Below are positions 63,070 to 64,000 of a stretch of 64,000 nucleotides of DNA, piece after piece. The DNA lies in the NCBI RefSeq assembly GCF_006345805.1, contig NC_042998.1:96844001-96908000 (forward strand), written 5' to 3'. Source of the DNA: Octopus sinensis. Lineage: Eukaryota. How positions within the stretch are numbered: the first letter of the stretch is position 1; each line of letters starts with the position of its first letter. The notes under the pieces are model-generated. The model made no database searches. It saw only the letters and a list, made by a program, of their open reading frames with translations, and was not told the origin of the DNA. The position numbers and the translations under genes were made by a program.

Positions 63070-64000
63070 CGGACGTTAAACGATGATGATGATGATATAT
63101 ATATATACACACACACACACAATAAAAATTAGAAAAGACAATATAAGTTGATTACATATTCTTATGTAAAATTTATTGATTTTTTTTATAAGTTAATTAG
63201 AAATAAATCATACATTTTCAGTCCAATAATAATTCCAAGTTGAATTGTAGAAAGACACCAATCCATATTGCTTCATTATCCGTTTATATTTATCGAAAGA
63301 AATGAGGATAACTTCTGTAATTCTATTTTTATTAATGGACAAATAACTATTGGTTCAATGAACCAATAAGGATGCGTCAATATGGCTACAAAACTTGCTA
63401 GAAATAGCAGCTTATTCTTTCTCAAAACACACTCAATCATCTTCTCAACCAATGTAGTCCAGAGTACACTCTAAAGAAAAAAGTGGATAGGAAGGCATGT
63501 TCATGGCTTGGATGCCATTTTTTGATCATAGGTCAACTTGATCAGAACTGACCTTGGCTAAATGACAACATCTATTGATTCAAAGCTTTCCTTCATCTCA
63601 GATAGACAGCCTAGAGAGAGGCTAAAGAAGGAGAGGAAGAGGGAGAGTGAGAAAGAAAGTAGATGAGCAGACAGGCAAACAGCCAAAAAGGGAGAAAGAG
63701 TAAGAGAGAACAAAAGGGACAGAGAAATTAAGAGAGGGGGAGAGAGAGAGAGAGAATAACAGACTGTTTATGAATGTGTGTGTTTATGTGTGTGTGTGTT
63801 TTCTCATTCTGATAACAACTGAATAATTGCATCATCACTGTGAAATATCTTTCATATATTGATTGAATCCTTTGTTGCACCATCCAAAGATGCCATGTTT
63901 GTTCATGACTCTTTAACTCTTCAAAGAAAGCTGGCAGCAGGATCTATCCATATTCATTGCTGCACCATTTCACTCATGGGACGCAAAATACAAGGATGTA

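Overview
AT-rich, repeat-dominated animal DNA. The SINE/RTE repertoire looks like an Octopus-type coleoid cephalopod genome (inference from the repeat families). Two host genes lie on the minus strand. One is the last three coding exons of CEP290 (54402-56522, C-terminal FFEEIEDLKYNY motif). The other is the 3' end of an unidentified gene that the ORF track misses (exons 6466-6830 and 4688-4840, with possible upstream exons at 19.1 and 23.7 kb). The rest is a mosaic of tRNA-derived SINEs (one family in head-to-tail arrays), RTE, CR1, CRE and R4/Dong LINE remnants, CsRn1-type Gypsy LTR pieces, hAT, piggyBac and mariner elements and MITEs, Helitron/Helentron-like non-autonomous elements, and microsatellites. 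The most unusual layer is hammerhead-ribozyme (HHR) motifs in several unrelated small elements. These include an intact-looking type I HHR with a long stem II (998-1089), and a type III HHR inside a ~350-bp fold-back element that appears only when a piggyBac inserted in its TTAA loop is removed (61744-62899). No CRISPR array, Cas, TnpB or Fanzor ORF was seen. All assignments are by eye; no database search was run.
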